A stretch of DNA of 64,000 nt from Minisyncoccota bacterium (GCA_043718505.1 JAYSVN010000005.1:14-64013); one strand, 5' to 3'; counted from the stretch's first letter, positions 9,184-18,965 are shown. The notes: generated by a model from the sequence alone, not told the origin. Numbers and translations: made by a program.

Positions 9184-10290
9184 ATGAAAAAGATCTCAAA
9201 TAGTGTACTTACCGGCGGGCCCTGTGGTGGTAAAACTACATATCTGGCCTATACTCCTCACAAACTTCGCACACTTGGCGATAAGGTGTATGTTATACCT
9301 GAAACCGCTACTACCCTGATTAATGCAGGTTTTGATCCGAGAGATAAAAACTTTCAGAAAGAAGTTCTGAAATACCAATTACAGCAGGAAGAATTTTTCA
9401 GACAAAAGGCTCATAGTGATTCTGCAGAGCAAATTATTATTTTCCACGATCGCGGCATTATGGATGGCCGGGCATATGTTTCCGAAGAAGTCTTTATGGA
9501 AGCTCTGTCTGCTTGCGGACTTTCATTGTCGGATATGCATCGTTACGATAATGTGATTCACCTGGTTTCAGCAGCTATTGGTGCAAGTGAATTTTATTCA
9601 ACTGCAAATAATGCTGCTCGCAGAGAATCTCCAGAAGAAGCAGCTGCTCAGGAAAAATTAGCTCTCAAGGCCTGGCTTGAACATGGCAAAGTTGATGTTA
9701 TTAATAACATCGGAGTTACTTTCGAAGAGAAAATCGAAAAAGCCTATGCTGCCCTTCTTGATGCCCTTGGCAGACCAGTACCCATTGAACGTGAGAAGAA
9801 GTATAAATGTATTAAGATAAATCTTGCACACATACTTAATAAAGAAGGTATTGACTGGCGTAAAATCAAAATTGAGCAGGACTATCTCCGGGTTTCTGAT
9901 ATTAATTTGGAGCGTCGAGTTAGAAAAGTCATCTATGGTGATGGATCAACTGCTTTCTTCTATACTGAGAAGGTTCCCCATGACGTTGGTGCTCGAATCG
10001 AAAGAGAGCGTACGCTTAAAAGTGACGAATATCATCGTTTCCTGCTTGCGGAAAGAGAAGACAATAGCCAGACAATTAAAAAGTCCCGCATTGCTTTTAT
10101 CGCTGATGACCGATATTTTGAATTCGATACTTTTACCGATCCGGCTAAGGAGCATTGCCTTCTTGAGGTGAAGCCGACTATTACGAATCCTTCTGAGAAT
10201 CTCCCAAGTTTTCTTGGTGACGTTGTTCTTGAAGATGTAACTGAAGATGCAAGTTACTATGGCAAAAATATCGCTGCAAGGAATAATTAA
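9184..10290 (+). CDS. Fusion of an AAA_28/NadR-like P-loop ATPase with a C-terminal CYTH (triphosphate tunnel metalloenzyme) domain
   Basis: N-terminal Walker A GGPCGGKTT and ...IIIFHDRG... C-terminal EREKKYKCIKI..IEQDYLRVSD..ERRVRKV..ERTLKSDEYHRFL..KKSRIAFIADDRYFEFDTF...CLLEVKPT follows the CYTH ExExK...RxR...ExE pattern. Confidence 0.55.
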   Translation: MKKISNSVLTGGPCGGKTTYLAYTPHKLRTLGDKVYVIPETATTLINAGFDPRDKNFQKEVLKYQLQQEEFFRQKAHSDSAEQIIIFHDRGIMDGRAYVSEEVFMEALSACGLSLSDMHRYDNVIHLVSAAIGASEFYSTANNAARRESPEEAAAQEKLALKAWLEHGKVDVINNIGVTFEEKIEKAYAALLDALGRPVPIEREKKYKCIKINLAHILNKEGIDWRKIKIEQDYLRVSDINLERRVRKVIYGDGSTAFFYTEKVPHDVGARIERERTLKSDEYHRFLLAEREDNSQTIKKSRIAFIADDRYFEFDTFTDPAKEHCLLEVKPTITNPSENLPSFLGDVVLEDVTEDASYYGKNIAARNN

Positions 10291-10411
10291 AGAGTAATTA
10301 AAATAAAACATGTAACAAATTATTTAAACCGGGTATATTGCCTGGTTTTTTTATTGACTAAATCACAAGAAAACCTAGAATAACGAAAACGATACTTAAA
10401 ACAGCTTTAAA

Positions 10412-10774
10412 ATGAAATATATTACATTATTAATCTGCCTTAGCCTGCCATTTTTGGCTTTAGGGCAAATAGATACAATAATCCCTAACCCGGTTTCAGG
10501 CAGTGATAGCTTAAACACTGATACATTAAGTATAGATACAGGAGCTATTTCTAAGCCAAAACCGAAGTCTAAGCGTGAGTTTTTCGGCGAGGATACTTAC
10601 TACTTGTCATATGAAGATACGGACCTTACGTTTCGAGAGCTTGTTATTAAATATAAGCATTTCCGAGATTCAGGTGTATTTAAGGTTAACTTCCCTAGGG
10701 CAAAGTTTCCCGGCATTTCTGTTGGTTTATGGCGGGAAATCCAGGTAAGTGACAGCATTAAGAATATTAGGTAA
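10412..10774 (+). CDS. Small secreted hypothetical protein
   Basis: N-terminal signal peptide MKYITLLICLSLPFLALGQ. Confidence 0.45.
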   Translation: MKYITLLICLSLPFLALGQIDTIIPNPVSGSDSLNTDTLSIDTGAISKPKPKSKREFFGEDTYYLSYEDTDLTFRELVIKYKHFRDSGVFKVNFPRAKFPGISVGLWREIQVSDSIKNIR

Positions 10775-10806
10775 AGAACGACCTTTCGGCCGTTCTTTTT
10801 ATTTTA
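10774..10806. terminator. Bidirectional terminator between convergent genes
   Basis: GAACG-ACCTTTCGGC-CGTTC hairpin with flanking A- and T-runs. Confidence 0.55.
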
Positions 10807-10848
10807 TCGATGTATCCGTCTGTTTTATAAATTTTATCTAGGTAGCTT

Positions 10849-12387
10849 TTAGATTCCATGCTTCTTCCTAATTTCTCCCAACTCTTCTCCCTCCTTTTCT
10901 TCTTTTGCCTGCTTCCCTGCTTCACCAATGTCCTTTAGATCTTTGTTCATTAGTTTATCAAGCTCAACTACCCTGTCCTTTAGATATTCGATATTGTTTT
11001 TCGAATCATCTTCTAGACATTCTTCAAGTAGCGCATGCAGAATCCAGCCCATACGAGGTCCTGGTTTCATATGTAACGTTTCAATAAGATACTTGCCGTC
11101 AATCTTTAGCATACCAACAGAAGTTGGAGCACGGAGGGCTTCTTCAATCATCGCATGGTACTTACGCAGACGATATGGAGCCTCTTTTTTCTTCATTCCT
11201 ACCCTATCGCACTCACGAACTTTCATGAGATCCCAAATGTTTTCTCTACCAACATTTACAATAGTACGTCGAACAGCAGAAAGTGTAATTGTCTCAGTGT
11301 CAGCGAAAAACATATGGTAGCGGACCAATTTGTATACCTTTTCTGATATTTCACGTGAAAAACGAAGTCTTTCCATAATCTTCCTTACCATTTTTGCACC
11401 TACAACTTCATGGCCAAAAAATGTATACTTACCTTTTCCTTCGGCCTTTGTTCCGTCCCAACGACGTGTTCGAGGCTTTCCAATATCGTGAAATAGCGCA
11501 GCCAAACGGATATCAAGGGGCCAGTTTTTTTCTGCAGAATGGCCCAAAGCATGGAGAATATGCTCAAAAACGTCATATATGTGCTCCCCTTTCTGTTCAC
11601 AGCCAACTCCCTCTTCAAGCTCAGGAACAATATATTTATTAATCCCAAGCCTAACTAGTAGTCCAATTCCAGACATAGGGTCCGGTGACATAATGATTTT
11701 TATAAATTCATCACGAATTCTTTCTGGAGAAACATTCTTCAGTCTAGTCGCTTCACGTGTAACAGACTCTAATGTTTCATATGAAACTGCAAATCCGAGC
11801 TCTGATGAAAATCTAATGGCTCTCAGCATGCGCAGGGCGTCTTCAGAGAAGCGTTCATCAGGATTATTGACTGTACGTATTACTTTGTCCTTAATGTCCT
11901 TTAAACCTCCATATATGTCCTTTAGATGTCCTTTAGAAATATTAAAGGACATCGCATTCATGGTAAAGTCACGACGCTCAAGATCTTCTTCAATAGTTTT
12001 TGCAAATTCAATTGTGTCAGGATGACGATTGTCAGAATACCCTGCTTCTTTTCTATATGTAGTCACTTCAACCATGTCGTATTCCTGCTTACCTAGCAAT
12101 TCGTCCATGACTTCTTGGCTTGTCGCCATGTTGCTTTTAGGAATACAAACAGCCACTGTGCCAAAGCGGTTTTCGTATACAGTTTTTTCGAATAGACCCT
12201 GAATCTCTTCTGGCCTAGCATTTGTCGTTACGTCCCAATCCTTCGGCGTTCTACCGAGGATCAGATCACGAACACATCCGCCGACGATATATGCTTCAAA
12301 ACCCTTATTTTCCAAGGTTTCTGTCACATTCTTAACATAGTCAGGGATCATATTTCTGTCTATTATTTTTTTATTATCTTGCTCCAT
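10849..12387 (-). CDS. cca: CCA-adding tRNA nucleotidyltransferase with HD domain and Lys/Glu-rich C-terminal tail
   Basis: YIVGGCVRDLILGRTPKDWDVTT (PolyA_pol head), HDIGKP (HD), C-terminal KEEKEGEELGEIRKK. Confidence 0.85.
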   Translation of the reverse strand: MEQDNKKIIDRNMIPDYVKNVTETLENKGFEAYIVGGCVRDLILGRTPKDWDVTTNARPEEIQGLFEKTVYENRFGTVAVCIPKSNMATSQEVMDELLGKQEYDMVEVTTYRKEAGYSDNRHPDTIEFAKTIEEDLERRDFTMNAMSFNISKGHLKDIYGGLKDIKDKVIRTVNNPDERFSEDALRMLRAIRFSSELGFAVSYETLESVTREATRLKNVSPERIRDEFIKIIMSPDPMSGIGLLVRLGINKYIVPELEEGVGCEQKGEHIYDVFEHILHALGHSAEKNWPLDIRLAALFHDIGKPRTRRWDGTKAEGKGKYTFFGHEVVGAKMVRKIMERLRFSREISEKVYKLVRYHMFFADTETITLSAVRRTIVNVGRENIWDLMKVRECDRVGMKKKEAPYRLRKYHAMIEEALRAPTSVGMLKIDGKYLIETLHMKPGPRMGWILHALLEECLEDDSKNNIEYLKDRVVELDKLMNKDLKDIGEAGKQAKEEKEGEELGEIRKKHGI

Positions 12388-12401
12388 GTAAAACTATTTT
12401 G

Positions 12402-12473
12402 TGCACCCAGAGGGATTCGAACCCCCAACGACAGTTCCGAAGACTGTTGTGATATCCATTTCACCATGGGTGC
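12402..12473 (-). tRNA. tRNA-Arg (anticodon TCG), no encoded CCA
   Basis: Cloverleaf: acceptor GCACCCA/TGGGTGC, D-stem GTGA/TCAC, anticodon stem ACAGT/ACTGT with loop CTTCGGA, T-arm GGGGG-TTCGAAT-CCCTC. Confidence 0.75.
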
Positions 12474-12653
12474 AGCATTACGTTTGTAATAGCTTAAAAG
12501 TAACACTCTTTCGGTATATTGGCAAAAGACATTGCAAAATAGAGTCGCCATGAGTATAATTGTCTGTATTGTTTAGGTAAAGTTAGTTAACTGAGTCAAG
12601 TAAAGTAATAGAAAGTAATTTGTTTCAAAACTATTTGTTTGTGATTAAGTTAT

Positions 12654-12724
12654 GCGGGTATGGTTTAGTGGTAGAACACGTCCTTGCCAAGGATGAGACG
12701 GGAGTTCGATTCTCCCTACCCGCA
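12654..12724 (+). tRNA. tRNA-Gly (anticodon GCC), no encoded CCA
   Basis: Acceptor GCGGGTA/TACCCGC, anticodon loop TTGCCAA, T-loop GTTCGATTC. Confidence 0.8.
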
Positions 12725-13062
12725 CAAGTAAAGTCTTCTAAAGGACATAAAAGACTTATAAACATCTCTTTAGCAGACAATTGTCAATTTAGGATTTCTA
12801 TATGTAGATATACACAAAATACAACAAAACTGTGGATAACTATGTGTGTATTGTTGATAAAGGACAGATATAAAGGACTTTTTATTGGTCCAAAAATAAA
12901 ATAAGCTTATATAATAAGGCTATTTTATTTGTAATGATTTTATGTTTCACATGAAACGAAAAAGATATTCACAATCAAACTATTTAATTACTGCACGAAA
13001 TATTAAAAAAAAATTTAATAAATCTTTAATACAGCTTCATCTCAGATGTATAGAGTTTTCAT

Positions 13063-13446
13063 ATGAAACTTTTTACATCAAAAACCCAGAAAATTGGGCA
13101 AATAGGGGAGAATATTGCCTGCAAGTACTTACAAAATAAGGGTTTCACCATTTTAGAGAGGAATTTTACTCTCAAATGTGGAGAAATCGATATTATTGCT
13201 AATAAAGGCGAAGAGTTAAGGTTTATAGAGGTAAAAACGACACAATACACTGGGAGGCATAGCTTTTTTCGGCCAGAGGACAATGTTCATCAGAGAAAAC
13301 TCAGGAAAATAGCCAGGGCTTGTCTTATTTATGCTGACATGAAAAAATTGGGTGATCAAATACCTTGGCAGATTGATATCCTGGCAATTGAGTATAATGA
13401 AGTCATGAAGCAGGCTTACATCCGTCATCTAGAGTGTATTTACTAG
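13063..13446 (+). CDS. yraN: YraN-family (UPF0102) endonuclease-like protein
   Basis: GENIACKYLQNKGFTILERNFTLKCGEIDIIANKGEELRFIEVKTT matches the YraN/restriction-endonuclease-like fold. Confidence 0.7.
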   Translation: MKLFTSKTQKIGQIGENIACKYLQNKGFTILERNFTLKCGEIDIIANKGEELRFIEVKTTQYTGRHSFFRPEDNVHQRKLRKIARACLIYADMKKLGDQIPWQIDILAIEYNEVMKQAYIRHLECIY

Positions 13447-13522
13447 GTTTTCGAGAATTTATCTGCTGTTTAACGGTTAAGATTTCCGATTATTACTTTA
13501 TTATTTAAATAATTTAAACATT

Positions 13523-14407
13523 ATGAACTCAAACAGAAATACAATATGGATAATTGTGGCAATAATCGTTATTGTCGGTATTTTATTTTTTGCTTTCAAA
13601 ACTCCGAAAAATAGTCAATTGCCGCCAAAGGGTGACACACAAGGGGATACAACCAACAATAATTCCAATACTCCGCCTCCGGCAAATCAGATGATTACTA
13701 TTACTAGTCCGAAAGAAGGTGATACTGTTGATGCGACAAACGGATTTACAGTAACCGGGCAGGCAAAAGGGAATTGGTACTTTGAAGCCACTGCTCCGAT
13801 CGCTATTTACGCAAAAAACGGTATAAAACTCACTGAAACTTACATTAGCGCTCAGGGAGAATGGATGACGACTAACTTTGTGCCTTTTAGCGGTACGATT
13901 TCACCATTTCTAACAAATGGAGCAACTGAAGGTTACATAGAATTTTCAAACAGTAATCCGTCAGACAATGAAGGCTTCCGTCGAAGTCTGCGTGTTAATG
14001 TAAAATTCGCAATTCAGGAAACTCAAACAATAAAACTCTATTTTGGAAATACAAAAATGAATCCAAATGCAGCAGATTGTTCAAAAGTCTATGCAATTAC
14101 GCGCACTGTATCAAAAACATCATCAATTGCCACTCTTTCTATCCGCGATCTTCTTAAAGGTCCGACAAATGAAGAAGCCACACTCGGCTATGTTTCAGCC
14201 TTTAATAATGGAAATGGGGAGGCGCTGAAAAGTCTTTCTGTAAAAAATGCTGTCGCTACGGCTGATTTTAGTTATTTACCAAGCGGCGGTTCATGTCTCG
14301 TAGGGGAGGCGCGCGCTCAAATTGAGCAAACCTTGAAACAGTTTTCAACCGTAAAAAGCGTCAAAATCTTACTTAATGGCTCTGAGTCAGAAGCTTTGCA
14401 ACCATAA
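13523..14407 (+). CDS. Membrane-anchored secreted protein with GerMN-like C-terminal domain
   Basis: N-terminal TM helix. C-terminus ...VYAITRTVSKTSSIATLSIRDLLKGPTNEEATLGYVSAF...VKSVKILLNG typical of GerMN. Confidence 0.45.
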   Translation: MNSNRNTIWIIVAIIVIVGILFFAFKTPKNSQLPPKGDTQGDTTNNNSNTPPPANQMITITSPKEGDTVDATNGFTVTGQAKGNWYFEATAPIAIYAKNGIKLTETYISAQGEWMTTNFVPFSGTISPFLTNGATEGYIEFSNSNPSDNEGFRRSLRVNVKFAIQETQTIKLYFGNTKMNPNAADCSKVYAITRTVSKTSSIATLSIRDLLKGPTNEEATLGYVSAFNNGNGEALKSLSVKNAVATADFSYLPSGGSCLVGEARAQIEQTLKQFSTVKSVKILLNGSESEALQP

Positions 14408-14504
14408 TTTTCTTAATAAGTTGTTCCATAAGTCCTCTAATTGACATTAGGCTGTTTTGAGCGTACAGTTGGAGGAAATATTTAAACAATTTAATAATTA
14501 GACT

Positions 14505-15065
14505 ATGGCACCAAACAAATCATCGTACCAATCTGCTTCGCAGGTTACAGAAATTATCCGGGCAAACATCGTAACGGGTTGCTTCGATACAATTAATGAT
14601 CTCCTCTCGAAAATATCTCAGGGGAAAAGAGATCGCTTCTTCTACCAGGCGGTAGCAAGATGTTTAAAGCAGTTGAAAAAACTCAATGACAAGGGGTTTT
14701 GTGAAACTGAAATGTACGAGAACATCCTGCAAGTTGTATTTCAGGAATTAACCGGTAAATCAGTGATCGGTAAAAACATTAATTCAATGTTTGATCACAT
14801 ACTAAAAACATCTAAGTTTTTTCACCCGGTTAAGAAAGGTGATAACATTGAAATGAATCCAGTACAAGAATTTTGTCTTGAATTGGCGGAGTTGTTTGCT
14901 ATCACTGGCGACCAGAAAATTGAATTAAAACTTGCTAACGCTGAGTTCAATAACTTGGCAAAGAACAGTTCAAAAAAGAGTTTCCTAATCCCTAAGGATA
15001 ACCTTCGGGATAGAATGGAAAAATTCCAAGAACCTGTAAACAAAATGGAGGAAAATTTTGTATGA
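14505..15065 (+). CDS. Hypothetical protein
   Basis: 186-aa ORF with terminator downstream. No recognised domain. Confidence 0.4.
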   Translation: MAPNKSSYQSASQVTEIIRANIVTGCFDTINDLLSKISQGKRDRFFYQAVARCLKQLKKLNDKGFCETEMYENILQVVFQELTGKSVIGKNINSMFDHILKTSKFFHPVKKGDNIEMNPVQEFCLELAELFAITGDQKIELKLANAEFNNLAKNSSKKSFLIPKDNLRDRMEKFQEPVNKMEENFV

Positions 15066-15084
15066 TGACTAAATGAGGTTATTC

Positions 15085-15118
15085 AACCGGCTTTAAAGTT
15101 AAAGCCGGTTTTTTATTT
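15085..15118 (+). terminator. Rho-independent terminator
   Basis: AACCGGCTTTAA-AG-TTAAAGCCGGTT perfect hairpin followed by TTTTTATTT. Confidence 0.7.
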
Positions 15119-15161
15119 ATCCAAAATCTATGTTAGTATGTGGCAACGTCAAGGAATTTTT

Positions 15162-15232
15162 CGGGGTGTAGTATATCGGTAGTATACTTGTTTTGGGAAC
15201 AAGAGGGCCGGGTTCGATTCCCGGCACCCCGA
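15162..15232 (+). tRNA. tRNA-Pro (anticodon TGG), no encoded CCA
   Basis: Acceptor CGGGGTG/CACCCCG, anticodon stem CTTGT/ACAAG with loop TTTGGGA, T-loop GGTTCGATTCC. Confidence 0.75.
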
Positions 15233-15282
15233 CTACGAGAATTAGCTTAAAACCAGCAAGGCATGACGGCCCTTTCAGTTGG

Positions 15283-15353
15283 GCGGAATTAGTTTAGTGG
15301 CAGAACTGGTGCTTCCCAAGCATCGGACACGGGTTCGATTCCCGTATTCCGCA
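15283..15353 (+). tRNA. tRNA-Gly (anticodon CCC), no encoded CCA
   Basis: Acceptor GCGGAAT/ATTCCGC, anticodon loop TTCCCAA, T-loop GGTTCGATTCC. Confidence 0.7.
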
Positions 15354-15434
15354 CACGGTTTACAATTATCATATAAATATGAGCAAGCAAAAACCGCCCT
15401 AACTATACGTTTGGGCGGTTTTTGCATAGTGTCT

Positions 15435-15707
15435 TTATTTTACAGCGTCCTTCAAAGCCTTAGCAGCTCTGAATTTTGGTACTTTCGTGGCTGGAACATG
15501 GACTTGCTCTCCGGTTTTCGGATTGCGGGCCATGCGCGCGGCTCGAGGTTTTACAGAGAAAATCCCTAGTCCGGCAATAGATACTTCCTCGCCCTTCTTG
15601 AGGGTGCCGACGATAGCATCTAAGAGGCCGTTTACGATTTCCTCAGCTTGTACCTTAGTACCGCCGATTTTGCCGTGAACCCATTCGATCATGTCTTGTT
15701 TATTCAT
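15435..15707 (-). CDS. hup: HU/IHF-family DNA-binding protein
   Basis: MNKQDMIEWV..., GLGIFSVKPRAARMARNPKTGEQVHVPATKVPKFRAAKALKDAV (HU arm signature). Confidence 0.9.
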   Translation of the reverse strand: MNKQDMIEWVHGKIGGTKVQAEEIVNGLLDAIVGTLKKGEEVSIAGLGIFSVKPRAARMARNPKTGEQVHVPATKVPKFRAAKALKDAVK

Positions 15708-15824
15708 ACTCTGTCCGGCACCGCGTCATCCTGACGGTAGGCGCTAGCCGGAAGCTATACTGCTAAATTTCGACTCACCGTAAGCGAGATTGATAGGAAA
15801 TCCCGACACGGCTACTTATCCAGC

Positions 15825-15852
15825 ATTATACCGCAAGGGTTTTTTTGGGCAA
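15825..15852 (-). promoter_or_regulatory. Candidate sigma70 promoter (TTGCCC-16-TATAAT) driving hup with a ~120-nt structured 5' leader
   Basis: On the minus strand: TTGCCCaaaaaaacccttgcggTATAAT, ~120 nt upstream of the hup ATG. Leader contains hairpins (TAGCCG...CGGCTA, CGTCA-GGA-TGACG). Confidence 0.45.
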
Positions 15853-16034
15853 CTGGTCTAACGACCCTTATATTTTTGACAATAATTATAATCATGATGT
15901 TATTTTTTAACCCTATTTATGCAAAATACGCACGTTGTAGCTGGCCCTATTCCTTTTTTTGACCAAACTAGTCTATTCACATATACTTAAGACAGTTTTT
16001 ACTATATTTTTATTATTAATTTAATTATATTTTC

Positions 16035-16787
16035 ATGAAAAACACATTCATAGACAGACCATACGTTGCAGCAGGGATCGTTATCGGCATTGCCTTTATT
16101 CTTGGCCTTTTAATCTTGGGCGGATCAGTAAAACATTTACGCGCAAGCGAAAATACAATTTCAGTTACAGGTTCAGCAAAAGAACGAGTAAGTTCTGATA
16201 TCGGCAAATTTACAGGCTCATGGACTCGTCAGACTACTAAATTCGGTGCATCTTCAGGCTATACAGATCTAGCAATTGATCTAGGTAAAATAAAAATCTT
16301 CCTTAAGTCACAAGGTGTTACTGATACAGAAATTTCCGTTGAACCACCATCTAGCTATACAGAATATGACTATGATGAAAGGGGAAATAGAATTAATGGT
16401 TCAGAAAGGTTGATCTTGCGTCAAAGCATGACTGTCACATCATCTGATTTACCGAAAATTAAAAAAATTGCTGATGAAGCCTCAGAAATTATCAAAAGGG
16501 GAGTCTTTTTTGAAGCAGGCGCGCCGCAATACCTTTATTCAACCGACAAACTCTCAACAATTCGAGTTTCGCTTATGAGTAAAGCCATTACTGACGCCAA
16601 AAACCGTGCTGATGCTATAGCAGAAGCGACTGGCGCCAATGTACGCAAACTAGCCAATGCTTCATCGGGCGTTGTTCAATTACTTGCTCCTGACTCAGTG
16701 AATGTTGAAGATTACGGCAGTTATGACACATCTACAATAGATAAAGATGTCATGATCACAGTCCGGGCGAACTTTGAGCTTCGATAA
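16035..16787 (+). CDS. SIMPL-domain (DUF541) periplasmic protein
   Basis: N-terminal TM/signal. Central and C-terminal regions ...AKNRADAIAEATGANVRKL..., ...ITVRANFEL typical of the SIMPL/26-kDa immunogenic protein family. Confidence 0.65.
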   Translation: MKNTFIDRPYVAAGIVIGIAFILGLLILGGSVKHLRASENTISVTGSAKERVSSDIGKFTGSWTRQTTKFGASSGYTDLAIDLGKIKIFLKSQGVTDTEISVEPPSSYTEYDYDERGNRINGSERLILRQSMTVTSSDLPKIKKIADEASEIIKRGVFFEAGAPQYLYSTDKLSTIRVSLMSKAITDAKNRADAIAEATGANVRKLANASSGVVQLLAPDSVNVEDYGSYDTSTIDKDVMITVRANFELR

Positions 16788-16838
16788 TTTGACATAAAGT
16801 TCGGCAAAACAATCACAGTAATCAAAAATCCTAAAAGA

Positions 16839-16868
16839 AATCCCCAGAATAATTTGGGGATTTTTTGT
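16839..16868 (+). terminator. Rho-independent terminator
   Basis: AATCCCCAGA-ATAATT-TGGGGATT hairpin followed by TTTTTTG. Confidence 0.7.
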
Positions 16869-16910
16869 TGAAAGGAGTACGATAAAGGAAACATTTAAAA
16901 CCACATACTT

Positions 16911-17558
16911 ATGAAGCCTGACCTGTATCCATTAAATGAGGAATCACAAATTTCCAGAAAAAATCTAAGACTCATGGCGGAGAGAAGAGAAGAAGTGGAA
17001 ATAATAAAAAAGAATGGCAATTCAGCCTTATCACTCGCAGAAGTTTTTATAGAAGCGCGTGCCCACATTATCATTTTCGGCCAAAGCTGGAATGACATAG
17101 CCTTTCACGGTAACCCTGGAAAGGAATTAAAAAAGTTTGTAGAAAAGAATGGTACAAAACTCACTATTCTTTTCAAAGAAGAACAAAAAATCAAACCGCC
17201 TGGTTTCCTGTCCGCTTATCTTGAATTTATAACATCAAAAGTAAAGCAGATTATTGTCTTGCCGGAATTAGCAGAAGCTTTCTTTGGTATTTATGAATGG
17301 AAAGACAAAAGAAAAATCAAGATGTGGTCGCAATATCCGATTATTGCTGATGGAAGCATGTGTCAGTTGAGATTTTTTCCAGGCCTGAAAAATACTGAGG
17401 AAATGTTCTCATGTACAACTTTCGGTGAAAAAAATCCCGGTATGGTAAGCAGTAATCTCACTCGTCTCAATATTCTTATTGAAGAGTCGCTCAAAGTTGA
17501 AAGAGCCAGAACACGCGAGGAAAGAGCTGAAAGAAAACTTGCATTTACTGACATATGA
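16911..17558 (+). CDS. Hypothetical protein
   Basis: 215-aa ORF flanked by terminators. No recognised domain. Confidence 0.4.
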   Translation: MKPDLYPLNEESQISRKNLRLMAERREEVEIIKKNGNSALSLAEVFIEARAHIIIFGQSWNDIAFHGNPGKELKKFVEKNGTKLTILFKEEQKIKPPGFLSAYLEFITSKVKQIIVLPELAEAFFGIYEWKDKRKIKMWSQYPIIADGSMCQLRFFPGLKNTEEMFSCTTFGEKNPGMVSSNLTRLNILIEESLKVERARTREERAERKLAFTDI

Positions 17559-17581
17559 CAGGCATCATGTAGGAATCATAA

Positions 17582-17607
17582 AACTCCGATTCGTCGGAGT
17601 TTTTTTA
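17582..17607 (+). terminator. Rho-independent terminator
   Basis: AACTCCGA-TTCG-TCGGAGTT hairpin followed by TTTTTTT. Confidence 0.7.
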
Positions 17608-17686
17608 ATTTGACCGCACCCATATTTCATGAGACTATGGCACTAAATAAAAGTTCATAAACATAAACACTTAAAACTCAGATAAT

Positions 17687-18841
17687 ATGACAGACCAGAA
17701 ACCCCAGAAACTCCTTGAACAACTAGAAAAAAATCGAGAAAAATTCAAAAAATTTAACCCAAGTGATCAGGCAATGCCAGGCAAAATCTTCGGTATGCCG
17801 CACAGTAAAGATGATGCAATGATGCATGTTTTTCCGATCAATTCTGCCATTACTGTTTCCGGCACTGAAGGTGCTGAAAACGGACCAGACGGGCTCCTTG
17901 AAGGTTCGGCCTGTATTGAATTATTTAATAAAAACTACAGGAGAGATGCATATCTGCCCGGTATGTACTTATTAGAAAAAGATAATGCAATCGGAGATCT
18001 GCATAAGAAAGGAAGAAATATCTTTCTTGAACTCATCAAAACTGACCTGGAAATTGCACGAACTTTTGATGCAGATAAAGTTAATGAGTTTTGCGAATTA
18101 CTCAATAGCCGCGTTGAAAATTGGATAAAAAAGTCTCTTGATGATGGTCACATTGTTGCTGCAATTGGCGGTTGTCACGGATCTATTTACGGAGCAGTTG
18201 CTGCTCATGCAAAAAAGTATAAAGATTTTACTCTCTTGATGATAGATGCACACCTTGATCTTCGCAAAGCCTATGAGGGTGTGACATACTCTCACGCAAG
18301 CGTCATGTGGAACATTCTCAACAATATTCCGGAAGTGAAGCATCTAGTTTGTGTGGGTATTCGCAGTTACGGACTCGATGAATATGATTTTGTCAGAGAT
18401 AACCGTAATCGTGTCAGCGTATATTACGCTGACGATATGCAAGAATCGCAAGACAAAAAATCTGCGAGTTGGCGTGATATTTGTCAGATAATTGTAAATT
18501 CAATTCCAACAGAAGATGTCTACCTGAGTTTTGACCATGATGGTTTTGAAGTTCACTTATGCAGCAGCACAGGTACGCCAGTTCCCGGAGGTCTTTCGAT
18601 GTGGCAGGCAAAAGTGCTCATTGAAACAATTGCCAGAGAAAAAAGAATCATTGGCTTTGATCTCAATGAAATGGTGCCAAACACTCAAGTTGACCGAAAT
18701 AGTGCCGCTGAAATTTTTTACCATATGTATTATTGGACTATGGTGTCACGTGGTGTTTTTCCGGCCGAAGAAGTGGGAAAGGCTCCTGAAAAAACGGGCA
18801 AAGTATTAACAGAGAAAGTAGATAGAGTTTCATTACAATAA
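17687..18841 (+). CDS. Arginase/agmatinase/formiminoglutamase-family ureohydrolase
   Basis: Metal-binding motifs GGCHGS..., MIDAHLDLR, SFDHDGFEV..., GFDLNEMVPN in the arginase-fold order. Confidence 0.7.
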   Translation: MTDQKPQKLLEQLEKNREKFKKFNPSDQAMPGKIFGMPHSKDDAMMHVFPINSAITVSGTEGAENGPDGLLEGSACIELFNKNYRRDAYLPGMYLLEKDNAIGDLHKKGRNIFLELIKTDLEIARTFDADKVNEFCELLNSRVENWIKKSLDDGHIVAAIGGCHGSIYGAVAAHAKKYKDFTLLMIDAHLDLRKAYEGVTYSHASVMWNILNNIPEVKHLVCVGIRSYGLDEYDFVRDNRNRVSVYYADDMQESQDKKSASWRDICQIIVNSIPTEDVYLSFDHDGFEVHLCSSTGTPVPGGLSMWQAKVLIETIAREKRIIGFDLNEMVPNTQVDRNSAAEIFYHMYYWTMVSRGVFPAEEVGKAPEKTGKVLTEKVDRVSLQ

Positions 18842-18848
18842 CACAAAC

Positions 18849-18878
18849 AAAGCCTCCGCAAGGGGGCTTTTTAATTTT
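18849..18878 (+). terminator. Rho-independent terminator
   Basis: AGCCTCC-GCAA-GGGGGCT hairpin followed by TTTTAATTTTT. Confidence 0.6.
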
Positions 18879-18965
18879 TGACTTAAATACCTAACTATGA
18901 GAATATTGGCGCAATCGGGCGATGTTGTCCTCCAAAAATAAATAGTTAAACTAAAACCACAGACT

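Noticed and set aside
12726-13062. AT-rich 340-nt gap downstream of tRNA-Gly(GCC) as a possible ncRNA or integration site
   Set aside because: No stable hairpins, repeats or recombinase nearby. Most simply promoter and spacer for yraN.
15711-15724. Shared 14-mer GGTGCCGGACAGAG between the hup leader and the 43986-44079 palindrome interior
   Set aside because: Exact 14-mer matches are expected by chance roughly 15 times in a 64-kb two-strand comparison. Only noted as a weak link.
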